A stretch of DNA of 64,000 nt from Octopus sinensis. Its lineage: Eukaryota. Of the stretch, positions 26,992-39,612 are shown in pieces. Below the pieces are notes generated by a model. That model did not search any database and was not told where the DNA came from. It was given only the letters and a program-made list of their open reading frames with translations. Position 1 is the first letter of the stretch; each line of letters begins with the position of its first letter. The stretch is from assembly GCF_006345805.1 (NCBI RefSeq), contig NW_021831832.1, forward strand, positions 1-64,000, in the 5' to 3' direction. The position numbers and the translations under genes are program-made.

Positions 26992-27848
26992 TAGTGTGCG
27001 GTGAATAAACTGTCATCTAAATTACACAAAAATGAAAATAACACTGACATCTCATTTTAAGATATATTTACCAAAATTACATAAAAATATCTTAAAATAC
27101 TAAAGAGTAAATTTATTCAATAAAATCGCCATTGGCTTCAACCATGGCCTCCAGATGACTTTGGAATCTCCTGCAACTCTTCTGGATGGCCTCCTTGTTT
27201 ATGTTGGTCAGTGCTGCCATAATCCTTGCCATCAGTTCCTCTTTGGTGTTACAAGGAGTTTTGTTGGTCTCTCACTCAACTGTGTCCCACACATAATAAT
27301 GCAGGGGGTTGCAGTATGGGGAGTTAGGTGGCCAGATGTTAGGGGTTATGTGGTCGCAGAAATTGACAGCCATGAGTTGGTTCTCTTACTTGTAAGGCAT
27401 GGTGCAGAGTCCTGTTGCCAGACATAAGGTCTTCCAGCGGCCACCCTCTTGACCCAGGGCAGCACTGCCTCCTCCAGACACCTGATGTTGGCCTCCGTGT
27501 TGAGTGTGAGGCTGTGTGGGAAGATGAATGGATGCATAACGTTGCCATCACTAGTGATCACTCCAAACACCATGATGTTGACTGGACGTTTGATTTTTAT
27601 CACTCTCGGTATATGTCCTTGGATCAACACCCAATCACTTGGAAATGTTTGTATTGGAGCTTCCAGCACAAATGCCAAGTCATTTCCAAATTTCTAGCTG
27701 AGTGAATTACATCATGGTGATGTCTTTTTTACAGACAGTGCCCAACTGACCCAACTATACTGTGTAGCTGACAAAATGTAAAACAAACAATGCATATACT
27801 TAAAATTAAAAGCATAAAATGGCAACAATTTACTCACAGCACCCTGTA
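26992..27848 (-). mobile_element. Tc1/mariner-family (possibly maT, DD37D) transposase remnant
   Basis: VWQQDSAPC...WPPNSP.CNPL.Y catalytic-domain fragment; tacagggtg-type end at 27848. Mirrored at ~62767-64000; 3'-end fragment also at ~32132-32241. Confidence 0.75.
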
Positions 27849-28609
27849 TATTAAAACTTAAATGTCTATAAAAATACATCAATAGGTTAATAGTTGTCCA
27901 GAGTTAGATGTTGACGACTGCTTTGAAAGCACTTCTGTTAGCACAATCCATCACATTCTGTTATTAATGGCTGATGGAGTTTACAGTTCACAACAGGTTT
28001 CTCATTTACATTCATCAATGTGTTATGTTTCTTGATTCACTTTAAAATGGATTAATATTTTAAAAAGTCAACAGTTTAAACCATCATCTAAATCTTTAGA
28101 TTTTTATTTTCCTAAAATTTTCGTTGCGTCTTGCAACCTTTTCAATAGTTTTGACTCTTTGGAAATTTTACCGGTGAGTGTGTTACATAATAAGGCACAA
28201 AAAGAAAATGACTCTCCCCAGACACAATAGAATATGCTTCAACACACGAACTCATATAAAGAACCTTGCAAACCAAATCCCCAAACGAAATAAATCTTTA
28301 GACCTATTAGAATAATGTAATAATTTGATTGACAAATATGTGTGTGTGTGTGTGTGTGTTGTGTGGAGAGATAGAGAGATAAAGATACATGAATGTATAC
28401 ATACATCTCCAGGACTTTTTTAATGGTGGTGCCCCAGCATGGCCACAGCTTGTGAGCTGAAACTAGATAAATAAAAAAAAAAAAATACATATAGATAGAT
28501 GCAGAGATAGGTCAATGAGACGACATAGCTGAATAGAGGAAAATCTATAAAAATATAGGCGTTTATAATCAATGTATGATTGAGTCTTTGATTTTTTTTC
28601 TTTTTCCAG

Positions 28610-28675
28610 AACAGTTGTTGTGGTATTGACAAGCCAGAAGACGTAGCTAAATACAATTTCAGGTGTGACAATATG
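28610..28675 (+). CDS. Tetraspanin copy 1, exon 5 (NSCCGIDKPEDVAKYNFRCDNM)
   Basis: Pyrimidine tract + CCAG acceptor, GTAAGA donor. Contains the diagnostic CCG motif. Confidence 0.93.
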
Positions 28676-28791
28676 GTAAGACTTGTTTTTGGAAAATTTA
28701 CAGAAAATTTAAGTTTACACCATTATGAAGAAGTGAAAATAATTTTTATATTATTTTAAGAAACCCCATGTGTGAGGAGGATGTTATTTAA

Positions 28792-29012
28792 CCCTTTAAT
28801 ACTCAGAGTACTCCATCAAATTTAATGCTTTTTGATTCCCACTGTTTTGAAGTAATCATGCATTATCTTGTAGCTTTAAGATTTTGATGATGTGGTTGCT
28901 CATTTTTAGAATGACATTGTAGGGTAGGTGTTAGAGGCTGAATATGGCCAGTCTGAACATAAAAGCATGTAGAATATTTGGGCCGGAAATGGCCGGTTTA
29001 AATACTAAAGGG
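28792..29012. mobile_element. piggyBac-type MITE (second family)
   Basis: TTAA-ccctttaata ... tactaaaggg-TTAA; mirror at 61603-61823. Confidence 0.8.
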
Positions 29013-29344
29013 TTAAGGGAAGCCAGTTAACTGAATCTCAGTACAAAATGATAAATTTATCAGATTTTAAAGTTAAATCATCCATGTTACAGGTATTTTT
29101 TCTTCTTGACTGTAATACTTTGAACTCTATACATAAGGATTGTTGTTGATATATTCCTGTTTCAGTTAATTTTTGTAAGTTTTTTGCCTGTGTCACATAA
29201 AAAGTACCACTCCTCTCGACTGTGCTTGTGCCACGTAAAAAGCACTACTGACCTTTCCTGTGCTATATAAAAAGCATCCTCATCATTGTTCGACTGTGGT
29301 CGAGACAATGGTATTTACTATATTACGCCAGACCTCACGGTCTT

Positions 29345-29560
29345 AAAGAAACCCACATCCACACCGTGAAGGTCTCTCAGGCATTTAGGAAGGATATTGA
29401 AGAGCTGTGGTCCTCTGAAACCCAAGCTGTTGCAGTGTCTGGTCCTATATTTTGATGGTGATGTTGGGATCTTTGGCACCATGTCACATATGTGACAACT
29501 GACAAGCCTGAAAGTATGTTTGTGAGTTCCAGAAGTGAAACTCTTGGAAAAAAACCAATG
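29345..29560 (-). mobile_element. LINE 3' fragment (L2/CR1-group-like)
   Basis: YRTRHCNSLGFRGPQLFNILPKCLRDL..VDVGFFK; mirror at ~61060-61280. Confidence 0.6.
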
Positions 29561-29589
29561 AGGTGGCAAGGTCCAAGATATATACAACA

Positions 29590-29925
29590 ATACACAGTTA
29601 CTGTTCCATTACCAGTTAATCATCATTGTTCTGCCGTGGTCGAGACAATGGAATTTACCATGCTACGCCAGACTTCACGGTCCATCATGGCATTACGGAG
29701 GTCCTGTTGCTGGATGCCTGTATCCCTGGAGATTACATCAGGGTAGGAGAGTGTGCGCCCCCTGGTATCACGAGCAGATGGCTTCCAGAGGAGAAGAGTA
29801 GGAATTACCTTGTTTTCAGCCCTACAACAATGTCCAGCAAACTGGACTCTTCTACCTTTCACAAGAGATGATACAGGTGGTAACTTCCCATATATTTGTA
29901 CTTTGGTTGGATGACGCTTCCATGA
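29590..29925 (-). mobile_element. 3' fragment of a third RTE-like family (IYGKLPPVS..RRVQFAGHC..GRTLSYPD)
   Basis: RTE-type C-terminal motifs. Further pieces at ~36600-36780, 41715-41996 and 44850-45480 (the last interrupted by a MITE). Confidence 0.7.
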
Positions 29926-30129
29926 GTGGTTGGTGTTAGGAGGGGCATTCAGCTGTAAAAATCCTGCCAAAACAGTCACAGAAGTCTGGTGCTGGCTTCT
30001 GCCTGGCTGGCTCTTGTGAAAGTGCCCCACCCATGCTAACATGGAAGGTGGACGTTAAACAGTACGGAGTCGGTAATGCTTACATTTAAGTTGCCAACTA
30101 CTGGCTTGCTGCATTTCTAATGGCAAGTG

Positions 30130-30889
30130 ACAGAATAAATGCAGTGTATTTCTGTTTAAATGCACCGATTTTTTTTTTGATTTTTGTATTTTTTAATACT
30201 GCCAGTGCCGCCTTGACTGGCTTCCTTCTGTGCTGGTGGCATGTAAAAAGCACCATCCGTACGTGGTCGATGCCAGTGCCGCCTTCACTGGTTTCCGTGT
30301 TGGTCGCACGTAAAAGCCAACAACCGATCGTGGGCATTGCCAGCCTCCCCTGGCACCTGTGCTGGTGGCATGTAAAAAGCACCAACCAGTCGTGGCCATT
30401 GCCAGCCTACCCTGGCTTCTGTACTGGTGTCACGTAAAAACTACCAACCGATCGTGGCCATTGCCAGCCTACCCTGGCTTCTGTACTGGTGTCACGTAAA
30501 AACTACCAACCGATCGTGCCCATTGCCAGCCTCCCCTGGCACCTATGCCGGTGGCACGTAAAAAGCACCAACCGATCGTGGGCATTGCCAGCCTCCCATG
30601 GCACGTAAAAAGCTCCATCCGATCTTGGCCATTGCCAGCCTTCCCTGGCACCTGTGCTGGTGGCATGTAAAAACCACCAACTGATCGTGGCTGTTGCCAG
30701 CCTCCCCTGGCACGTAAAAAGCAATCACTACATTCATGGCGTGGTTGGCGTTAGGAAGGGCATCCAGCTGTAGAAACACTGCCAGATCAGACTGGAGCCT
30801 GGTGCAGCCTTCTGGCTTCCCAGACCCCGGTTGAACCATCCAACCCATGCTAGCACGGAAAACGGACGTTAAACGATGATGATGATGAC
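30130..30889 (+). mobile_element. Truncated RTE-LINE 3' end with ~6 UTR monomers
   Basis: UTR repeats + tail + (GAT)n. The mirror at 59404-60460 has ~12 monomers. Confidence 0.85.
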
Positions 30890-31987
30890 TGGTGAAACAC
30901 ACACACGTGACTGATGTCTGCACTGTTTTCCCCTTCCTATTGAAACCCCCGAATCAAATTGCAGGTGAAGCTTCAGGCTGTTCAAAAAACACTTGCCCCA
31001 GGTTCTGTGCCATGAGATTGAACCTAGAAACACATTGTTGGGAAACAGTAAGCTTGTTAATCATTCAAACCATTTCTGTGAGCTGGCAGAATTGTTAAAA
31101 TGCTGGGCAAATGCTAAATGGCGTTTCGTCTGTCTTTATGTTCTGAGTTCAAATTCTGCTGAGGTTGATTTTTTTTTTATCTTGCATCTTTTTGATGTTA
31201 ATAAAATAAACAACAGTTGCGCACTTGACTTGGTAAAATCATTTTACCCCTTCCTTGAAATTTAACCTAACACTCATCAGAGCATTAGATTAAATGCATT
31301 GTAAAATTTAATTATAACAAGGCAGCGAGCTGGCAGAATCGTTAGCATGCCGAGCGAAATGCCAAGCGGTATTTCTTCTGTCACTACGTTCTGAGTTCAA
31401 ATTCTACCGAGGTCGACTTTGCCTTTCATCCTTTCGGGATCGATTAAACAAGTACCAGTTATGCACTGGGGTCGATGTAATCGACTTAATCCGTTTGTCT
31501 GTCCTTGTTTGTCCTCTCTGTGTTTAGCCCCTTGTGGGTAGTAAAGAAATAAGAAATGTTAGCATACCGGGTGAAATACTTTGTCTGCGGTTATGTTCTG
31601 AGTTCAAATTCCGCCAAGGTCGAATTTGCCTTTCATCCTTTCAGGGTCGATGAAATACGTACCAGTTACGCACTGGAGGTCGATGTAATCAAATGGCTCC
31701 CTCCCCCCAAAGTTTCATGCTGTGTGCCTATAGTAGAAAGGAATATTCAACTATATCTCTTTTAACTGTTGAATTCCAATTTTGGTTCCAAAATCTGAAA
31801 CCAATATTAGAACAAAGAGAGAACATTTTTGAATTTCTATCATAAGTTGATTATTAAATGTTGTTTTAGCTGTGTAAATAGATTAGTAAATATTCCAAGA
31901 AAAGCAGCTGAGAATATCATTACAAGCAGATTGATGTTGTTGCTTCTGTCTCTAATAATAATAATAATAATAAATTTATATCTTCAG

Positions 31988-32080
31988 GATTGGCCAGGCT
32001 GTTATACAAAAGTTAAAGAAACTATCGAAATAAATCTCCCTACAGCCATTGGTATTGCCATCGTTATTATTGTGGTGCAG
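31988..32080 (+). CDS. Tetraspanin copy 1, exon 6 (DWPGCYTKVKETIEINLPTAIGIAIVIIVVQ)
   Basis: TCTTCAG acceptor, CAG/GTATGT donor. GC motif closing EC2, then TM4. Confidence 0.93.
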
Positions 32081-32241
32081 GTATGTTCTCACTTTTGAAT
32101 TTCTTAACCCTTTTGTTACCAAGCTCTTTTTCTTACAGACGGTGCCCAACTAACCCTACTATGCTGTGTAGTTGACAAAAATCAAAAACAATGTGTGAAT
32201 TGAAAATATAAAATGGTGACAATTTACCCATCACACCCTAC

Positions 32242-32452
32242 TTACTCTTTTACTTGTTTCAGTCATTTGACTGCGGCCATGCTGGAGCACCACCTTTAGT
32301 CGAGCAAATCAACCCCGGGACTTATTCTTTGTAAGCCCAGTACTTATTCTAGCGGTGTCTTTTTGCCGAACCGCTAAGTGACGGGTATGTAAACACACCA
32401 GCATCGGTTGTCAAGCGATGGTGGGGGGACAAACACAGACACACAAACATAT

Positions 32453-32515
<63 letters not shown>

Positions 32516-32718
32516 ATCCCTCTCTCTTTCGGAGAGGCACAAGCACCTACACGCACATATACACACACGGCAGTAACTTCCGCCTGCCGAATTCAATCAC
32601 AAAGCTTCGGTCGGCTCGGGGCTATAGCAGAAGACACCTACCCAAAGTGCCACGCAGTGGGACTGAACCCGAAACCATGTAGCTAGGAAGCAAGCTCCCT
32701 AACCACACAGCCATGCCC

Positions 32719-32753
<35 letters not shown>

Positions 32754-32916
32754 CGACAGTCTTCTTTCAGTTTCCGTCTACCAAATCCACTCACAAGGTA
32801 TTGGTTGGCCCAAGGCTATAGCAGAAGACATTTGCCCAAGATGCCATGCAGTGGGACTGAACCCGGAACCGTGTGGTTGGTAAGCAAGCTACTTACTACA
32901 CAGCCACGCCTGCGCC
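32242..32916 (-). mobile_element. CORE-type tRNA SINE with a second SINE nested in its (TA)n tract; left arm only
   Basis: Head ggcgcaggcgtggctgtgtagtaag..gggttcagtccc, core cttgggcaaatgtcttc. The empty site ccctac/ttgtatata is present in the right arm at ~58050. Truncated relatives at 33683-33782 and 38455-38580. Confidence 0.85.
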
Positions 32917-33464
32917 TTGTATATAAATAATTATTTTAGAGTTGGGTGTTTGAGGGAGAGAGAGATGGAAATTTTTAGGAGGACCGAGAGAGCAATGGTG
33001 AGAGAAATGTGTGGTGTGAAGCTGTTTGATGAGAGGAGGACTGAGGATTTGATGGGGGATGCTGGGGTTGGAGGAATGAGTGGAATGGCTGGCAAGGGCG
33101 AATGGAGTGCAGTGGTATGGGGGCATATGTTGAGGGGGGGGGATGAGGAGGGTGCTTGAATTGGAGGTAACTGGACAGCGAAAGCGAGGTAAACTGATGA
33201 AAACGTGGAGGGGACAGGTGGAGGAGGAGATAAGGGAGGGTTGGCTTGAAAAGGGAGGACACCCAAAACAGGGTGAGATGGTGTGAGGGTGGTTGCTATG
33301 GCATTGAAGTAGATCCGACCACCCCCATTAACAGAGACAAAACCCAGATTTAAAACACTGGATGATGATGATGATATACCTGCGAGAGACCAATGCAAGG
33401 TGTGTTGAAGCAATTGTTAATAAAGGATCTTGAGAATTCTATTTTCTTTTTCTCTCATTTGTTA

Positions 33465-33504
33465 CATACACACACACACACACACCACACACACACACAC
33501 ACAC

Positions 33505-33535
<31 letters not shown>
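33465..33535. repeat. (CA)n microsatellite
   Basis: Direct; mirrored as (TG)n at ~57433-57500. Other (TA)n/(CA)n tracts at ~32465-32520, 35117-35143 and 44226-44282. Confidence 0.95.
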
Positions 33536-33537
<2 letters not shown>

Positions 33538-34349
33538 GTAAGCATTGCTGTAAAGTATTCAAGAAGACCCTTCCACCACAGCAGAATTGTTAAGGCTGCT
33601 CCCCCAGGTGAAAAGGATTGATCTTTAAGAGTCCTGTGTCGGTGCCAAGTGAAAACACTTGCGTGGCGCCATGTGCCGTACAGGCGCAGGAGTGGCTGTG
33701 TGGTAAGTAGCTTGCTTACCAACCACATGGCTTTGGGTTCAGTTCCACTGCATGGCACCTTGGGCAAGTGTCTTCTACTATACTCATGATATGGTTTGGT
33801 AGCTTGTTCGGACTTTACTGATGTTTGGGCTGGGCACCACTTTAGTACAAGCTCTGAAAATGTTATCTCCTAGCATCTTTGGATGCTGTAAGCTCTGTGG
33901 ATTTACTTTGATGCCTCTAGGAGAGTCTTGTAGTTTGCTTGAAGCATTGTGTATTGTTTGTAAAAAATGATGTGTCTTGAATGGCACAACAATGCACTAG
34001 AATAACCGTTGTAATTTAACCATCCATAGTCTGATGTAATATTTCGGAATATAAAAATCCCTTTTTCAGATGTCCATAGGGATTGATCAAGTCACGGCTA
34101 TAATTGATTTTTGAACAGTTTTCTGTTCCCCCCCCTCCCCCCGGAGTGTTTCTGCACTTGTCTCACGAAGCTCCTTCCGGAATTCCTCGTGAGAAGTGCA
34201 TGAGGGCAGCCATGTCTCAAGCTTGTGTGTGCTGGCACATCCGCACCGCTGCTTCTAAGTTATGTAACATACGTGCAGTTTCCTCACCCCCCCCCCATTT
34301 TTTAAAAATAAATAATACACGAGCATGTGTTGATGCCTATGTATTGATA

Positions 34350-34718
34350 TCTCTCTATATATAAACGGCAAAATGTCTGTGTGTGTGTGTGTCCTTTATA
34401 CAAAACCACAATTTTTCAGTTAGAGGGCTCGCACTTTCAATGGTCATTCAAAACCGTCCAAGGGTGGTCGTGCACATCTTTACATTTCCCCAGTCACCCT
34501 ACAAAGCCATTAAAAAATTCAACAGAAGTGACTTTTTTGTGAATTTTCTATCCAAAACCCAATCAAAATGCCCGAAACTTGATACGCCAATTGAATGCCA
34601 GCTAGCTGTATGTGATTGGTCGGAGATTTGGACAGTACTCGCGTGTATGTGCGCACGCACGCAGCTGTATATGCATGCACTAGAACTATGACCCGGCGTT
34701 GCCGGGTCATAGTGCTAG
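34350..34718 (+). mobile_element. Non-autonomous Helitron
   Basis: 5' TC, 3' CTAG, A|T insertion site; 13-bp hairpin actatgacccggc-gtt-gccgggtcatagt at 34685-34713. Mirror at 56249-56617. Confidence 0.85.
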
Positions 34719-34866
34719 TCATCTCTTATTAACCTTGATAACTATATATATTCAACTCTGTGAATTTAATCCTGAGACTTGTGTATATTCACCTGTTATT
34801 TTTACGTTGATGCTTGTCTAACGAGATGCCTGTATGTTCACCTGTTTATTTCCATTTCTATTTCAG

Positions 34867-34929
34867 TTGTTTCTCATCGTCTTCGCCTGCTGCCTTTGTA
34901 ATTCCAAAAGAGGGGAAACGCCTTCATAG
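34867..34929 (+). CDS. Tetraspanin copy 1, exon 7 (LFLIVFACCLCNSKRGETPS*)
   Basis: TTTCAG acceptor, TAG stop at 34927-34929. Juxtamembrane Cys cluster (palmitoylation-type). Spliced total is 227 aa. Confidence 0.9.
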   Translation: MFLIVFACCLCNSKRGETPS

Positions 34930-35108
34930 ATAGCTTCTCAAAATGACTGAACACTTGAAAGTTAATTATTTTTCTTTCATATAAACACTTGTATTCTAAT
35001 TACTCACATTTTTTGTTTCATCATATTTGATGCATATTTTTGTCGAACCTATAAATTTCTTAATATCTGTCTCTGTACTTCAAAAAGACTAATTTCACTT
35101 GATTAAAA

Positions 35109-35139
<31 letters not shown>

Positions 35140-35865
35140 TATAAACATAATTAGGACCATGTGCAGTTTGAGTTTAATTAACGTCATCAGTCTTTCAATG
35201 TTACACATTATTCTTTTCACTCTTGATACTTTAATAAACTTGCTCAAGCTATCGTTGCTATATTTATCTCTCTTTCATTGCTTACCTAAGCACAGTTTGT
35301 TGTAAACCCAAGGATTTTGGTGTTTCGTCTTCATCACATTCCTGCTTTGGGTCTTTTGCTAAAATTCATTTTAAAGGCTGCTGGGAATACAACTTATCGT
35401 AAAAGGCCCATTTGACCCACAAAAAAAAAAGAGAGCTTAAGAATCTGGTTTACATTAATATTTTACTTTTTACTCTTGCTATTAAAATTTTTGACTTGGC
35501 TATTTTTCTTTTTTCCAATTTTGAAAATATGCCCTGATCACATGACTATTAGATTTCTGATATTCAAAGTAGAGACATCTAAAATAATAACTAAAATATC
35601 CTTCTGCTTCTTTGAATTTTTTTTATGGTATAAAAGTTTTACCAGGTTTAGACAGAGATAATTTTTTTTTTTCTCACCTATGTTATTTAGAATTTACATT
35701 CTAGAAACTCTGCCAAATCAAGATTGGAGCCTGGTGCAGCCATCTGGTTCGCCAGACCTCAGTCAAATTGTCCAACCCATGCTAGCATGGATAGCGAACG
35801 TTAAACGATGATGATGATTCCACAGAATCTGTGGTGTTAGTAGAATACCTGATGGCCATTGAAAT

Positions 35866-36276
35866 ACAGTTCTATATTTAAGAGATGAATTATTTACAGT
35901 TGACGGATATTTGTCCTCATCTTGTTTGTTGTTAACACAACATTACAGTTGATATACCTTTCAGCCTTCATCAGGTGTCTTGGGGAAATTTCAAACCTGG
36001 GGTCTCATTCCTAAGGTATTTTTCGATGTTATTATCATTATTGTTATATGGGCATATGGCATAGTGGTTAAGAGCGTGGGCTACTAACCTCAAGATTCCA
36101 AGTTCGATTCCAAGCAGTGACCTGAATAATAATAATAACATCGAAAAATACCTTAGGGAATGAGAACTCAGGTCCAAAATTTCCCCAAGACACCTGATGA
36201 AGGCTGGAGGGTATATCAGCTGAAACATTGTGTTAACAAAAACAAGATGAGGACAAATATCCGTCAAATGTAAAAA
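35866..36276. mobile_element. Fold-back tRNA-headed retroelement with hammerhead-like motif, 14-bp TSD
   Basis: TSD atggccattgaaat at 35852-35865 and 36277-36290. tRNA-like head 36050-36124. Arms ~35895-36040 and ~36128-36272 are inverted copies. Mirror at ~54695-55105. Confidence 0.8.
36190..36233 (+). ncRNA. Minimal type-I hammerhead ribozyme-like motif (Penelope-type), probably partly decayed
   Basis: acac-CTGATGA-a-ggctg-gagggtatat-cagct-GAAAC-att-gtgt: stem I acac/gtgt, stem II ggctg/cagct, conserved core. Stem III reads AACATT rather than palindromic AACGTT. Confidence 0.6.
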
Positions 36277-38636
36277 ATGGCCATTGAAATGCTTAACAGA
36301 ATCTGTAGCTAGAACTATATTTTTTCATAGTTGAAAGGTAATTGGGACATCATTTATAAAAAGGATCTTTAAGATTTTATCAAATTAGCGGATTTCCACC
36401 ACCACCACCCTCAAAAAACCAGGTAAAGGAAGTATTTTAAACAGGTTAGAATTTGTCATTTCAACTTCAAGACTTTTCAACATTTGACATCTTTTAGAAG
36501 CGGAAAATATATACATTGTTGCAGATATGCTTTAAGGTAACGTTATGCCAGCTACACAAGATGAACCAAAGTTGTTAACTGGTTTTTGTTCTTTTTTATT
36601 GTTCGACCGTGGTCGAGACAATGGAATTTACTATCATAGCATTTTATGATAGCATTACTATCACGGTCCATCATAGCATTACGGAGGTCCTGTTGCTGGA
36701 TGCCTGTATTACATCAGGGTAGGAGAGTGTGCACCTTCTGGTATCATGAGCAGATGGCTTCCAGGTGTAAGTACAGTGAGTCAGTTTGCATGACCTGACC
36801 AGACTTTGGGATGGATGCATTTCAGAGTGGTTATCTCCTCTACAGCAACAAGAGACTAGAAAGACAGATGCTGGGAACTGACATGGTGGGACAGGTCCCT
36901 CTTGTGTTTTGGTCCACACTGTAAAGTGGTTGGCATTTGGAAGGTCATCCAGCTGAAGAAACTCTGCCAGATCAGATTGGAGCCTGGTGTAGCCATCTGG
37001 TTCGTCAGTCCTCAGTCAAATCGTCCAACCCATGCCAGCATGGAAAGCGGATGTTAAACGATGATGATGATGACGACGATGATCTATGCACCTCACATAA
37101 TATAAACTTGTTACCAGTTCAAATCTGTTTGAGGCATACTCAAACCTGTAAAAAAAGAAAAAAGGCCATTCACTGTATTTTGTCATAGAGAAAATTTTTC
37201 TCCTGTACACAAATAGGTGTAAGTACTGTGACCCAGTTTGCAGCATGACCTGACCAGACTTTGGGATGGATGCATTTCAGAGTGGTTATCTCCTCTACAG
37301 CAACAGAGACTAGAAAGACAGACGCTGGGTACTGACAGGAGGAAGTAACCACTCCAAAATGTCTGCATCCAACAATCTGGCAAAAGTGATGCTCTGAGCT
37401 GACTTGATGTAGTTACACCTTTTTACCTACAGCGAAAAATTTTCATCATGGCAAAATACATAAATAGCTTTACAGCTTAAAAGAGATTTGAACTGGGAAC
37501 AAGCTTGTATTAATTTTAATTGATTTTTAAAATTTTGACAGGATATCTGAATGTTAATCCTGACAGTTTTTGTGTTTTTTATGGCACAATTTTTACTATT
37601 CTAAGTAAAACCATTGGGCAATTTTTCAAGATTCTTGGTGTTTTGTTAAAAGTTTGGAGATAATAGCTTCTTATCCAAATCTTTAAGCTTTTAATATTTG
37701 TTATTAAAATTGGTCTCTAAAACTTCTTGGGTTCTTTGAATTATTTTTAATGATTTCATGACAAATTTATGTATAAGCCTAATATTCTTTTCTTTCTTAA
37801 ATAACTGCAAGTTTAATTTAACAATATTTGATAGCCTACATATTTTAATATACTGCCTTCAATCTCTTAGCATTCTAGACTTTCTTAAATATCTACAATA
37901 ATAATAATTGTATTTGCAAATCCAATAAATTATTTTTGTATCCTAACTTTTGTCTCTTGTCATTCACACATTTTCAATAAATCTGGCACCAATTTCAAAT
38001 AAATTACACTGAAGAAGAACAAGTTTAGTCAGGTGCAGTGAATTACTTAATGTTTCACATTAATCTGTCTTTGGAAACGTCGCTACATTCTTGCATTCTG
38101 CCTTTCACTGGATCGTGTTTTGGCACTGTTCTTCAAATTTGGATATTTAGTTTTTGTATTTGGTTTGCAAGATTATTGATGCAAAATCTTGTTGGAACAG
38201 ATTTTGTTGTATCTTGGGAGGGTCATTAAGCCAATACTAGTAAAACACACACACTGGTTATATTTCACTTCTATTATTAATTGATTAGTTAATCATTTAG
38301 CTAATTAACTGGCTGATTAATTGCTCAGTCAATCAATTAATCAGCTAGGTTTCTTAAAGTCCTTTCATTGCTATTCACAACCTCATCGATGTGCCTCTAC
38401 CCCAAGTTTAGATATTTTGACCAAATAACAAATAACTAAAAAAAAAGGAGGAAAATGGCTGTGTGGTTCAAACGCTTGCATTGCAACTATATGGCTTTAG
38501 GTTCAGTCCCACTGTGTCACTTTGGCCAAGTGTCTTGTATTAAAGCCCTGGGCCGATCAATGCTTTGTGGGAGATTTTTTTTTTTTTTTAAGACAGAAAC
38601 TGAGCACCACACAACCATGCCTGGAGAAAAAAATTA

Positions 38637-39029
38637 TCTCTCTCTGTATATAAAGCTGAAGTCTGTGTAATGCAGGTTTGGTAGCCTTCAACTAACACTA
38701 TCTCATCCGAGACCCTGCGGCACAAGTTGACCAAAATTGAGAGTATGATAGAAGAAGGCTTGCTCTTCCTTCCGTAGAAGAAAAAATTCCAATCAGACCA
38801 TGTTAACACCAAAAATTATTTACTTCAAAAAGGTGCTTTTTTTCTATGAAAATCCCTATTTTTACGATTTTTTGACTGCTGTGTCGCCATTTTCAACCGG
38901 TGTATTTCAACCAGAAAAATGTTCACTTAAAGAGAATAACAAGCTACATAATGCAAAATTTTTACTTTTCAAAAATTCCAATTCTAAAGGGTCGAAACAA
39001 ACCCGAGCAACGCCGGGCGATACTGCTAG
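38637..39029 (+). mobile_element. Non-autonomous Helitron
   Basis: A|TCTC..tatataaa start; 3' cccgagcaacgccgggcgatactgCTAG|T, shared with the 63561 element. Mirror at 51942-52334. Confidence 0.8.
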
Positions 39030-39239
39030 TTTATTTAAAAACTGATTTACTATTTATGAAAGCCTGGGCCACTGAAGATCAGGACAGGCCCAGCTGGGAT
39101 CATTTCATCTCCATTGTGACGGATCATTTTGAAGCTGAATGACAGGAAAGAAAATGGAGGCTGCAATAACCAAAACCTCCATTACGGATCCCTTGTGAAC
39201 TTTGCAACAGACGCCTCCATGCAAGAATCGGCCTCCTTA

Positions 39240-39612
39240 GTCATCAGGGGTATAAATACGGACATAGGCCGTAGCCAGTACCGCATTGACTGGCCTCCGT
39301 GCTGGTGGCACGTAACAAACACCATCCGATCGTGGCCGTGCCAGCCTCGCCTGGCCTCCGTGCTGGTGGCACATAAAAAACACCATCCGAGCGTGGCCGT
39401 TCGCCAGCCTCGTCTGGCACCTTTGTCGGTGGCACATAAAATGACCCACTACACTCTTGGAGTGGTTGGCGTTAGGAGGGGCATCCAGCTGTAGAAACAC
39501 TGCCAGATCTGACTGGCCTGGTGCAGCCTTTGGGCTTCCCAGACCCTAGTTGAACCGTCCAACCCATGCTAGCATGGAAAGCGGACGTTAAACGATGATG
39601 AGGATGATGATG
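39240..39612 (+). mobile_element. Truncated RTE-LINE 3' end
   Basis: UTR monomers + tail + (GAT)n; mirror at ~51342-51710. Shorter copies at 35700-35818, 36925-37082, 41365-41550, 42769-43135 and 45790-46183. Confidence 0.85.

Noticed and set aside
35233-35238. AATAAA as the tetraspanin poly(A) signal
   Set aside because: Plausible, but the region is very AT-rich and it cannot be supported without transcript data.
33393-38812. Identical ORF pairs on opposite strands as a conserved gene cluster
   Set aside because: A consequence of the inverted duplication; the peptides are microsatellite- or repeat-derived with no recognisable motifs.
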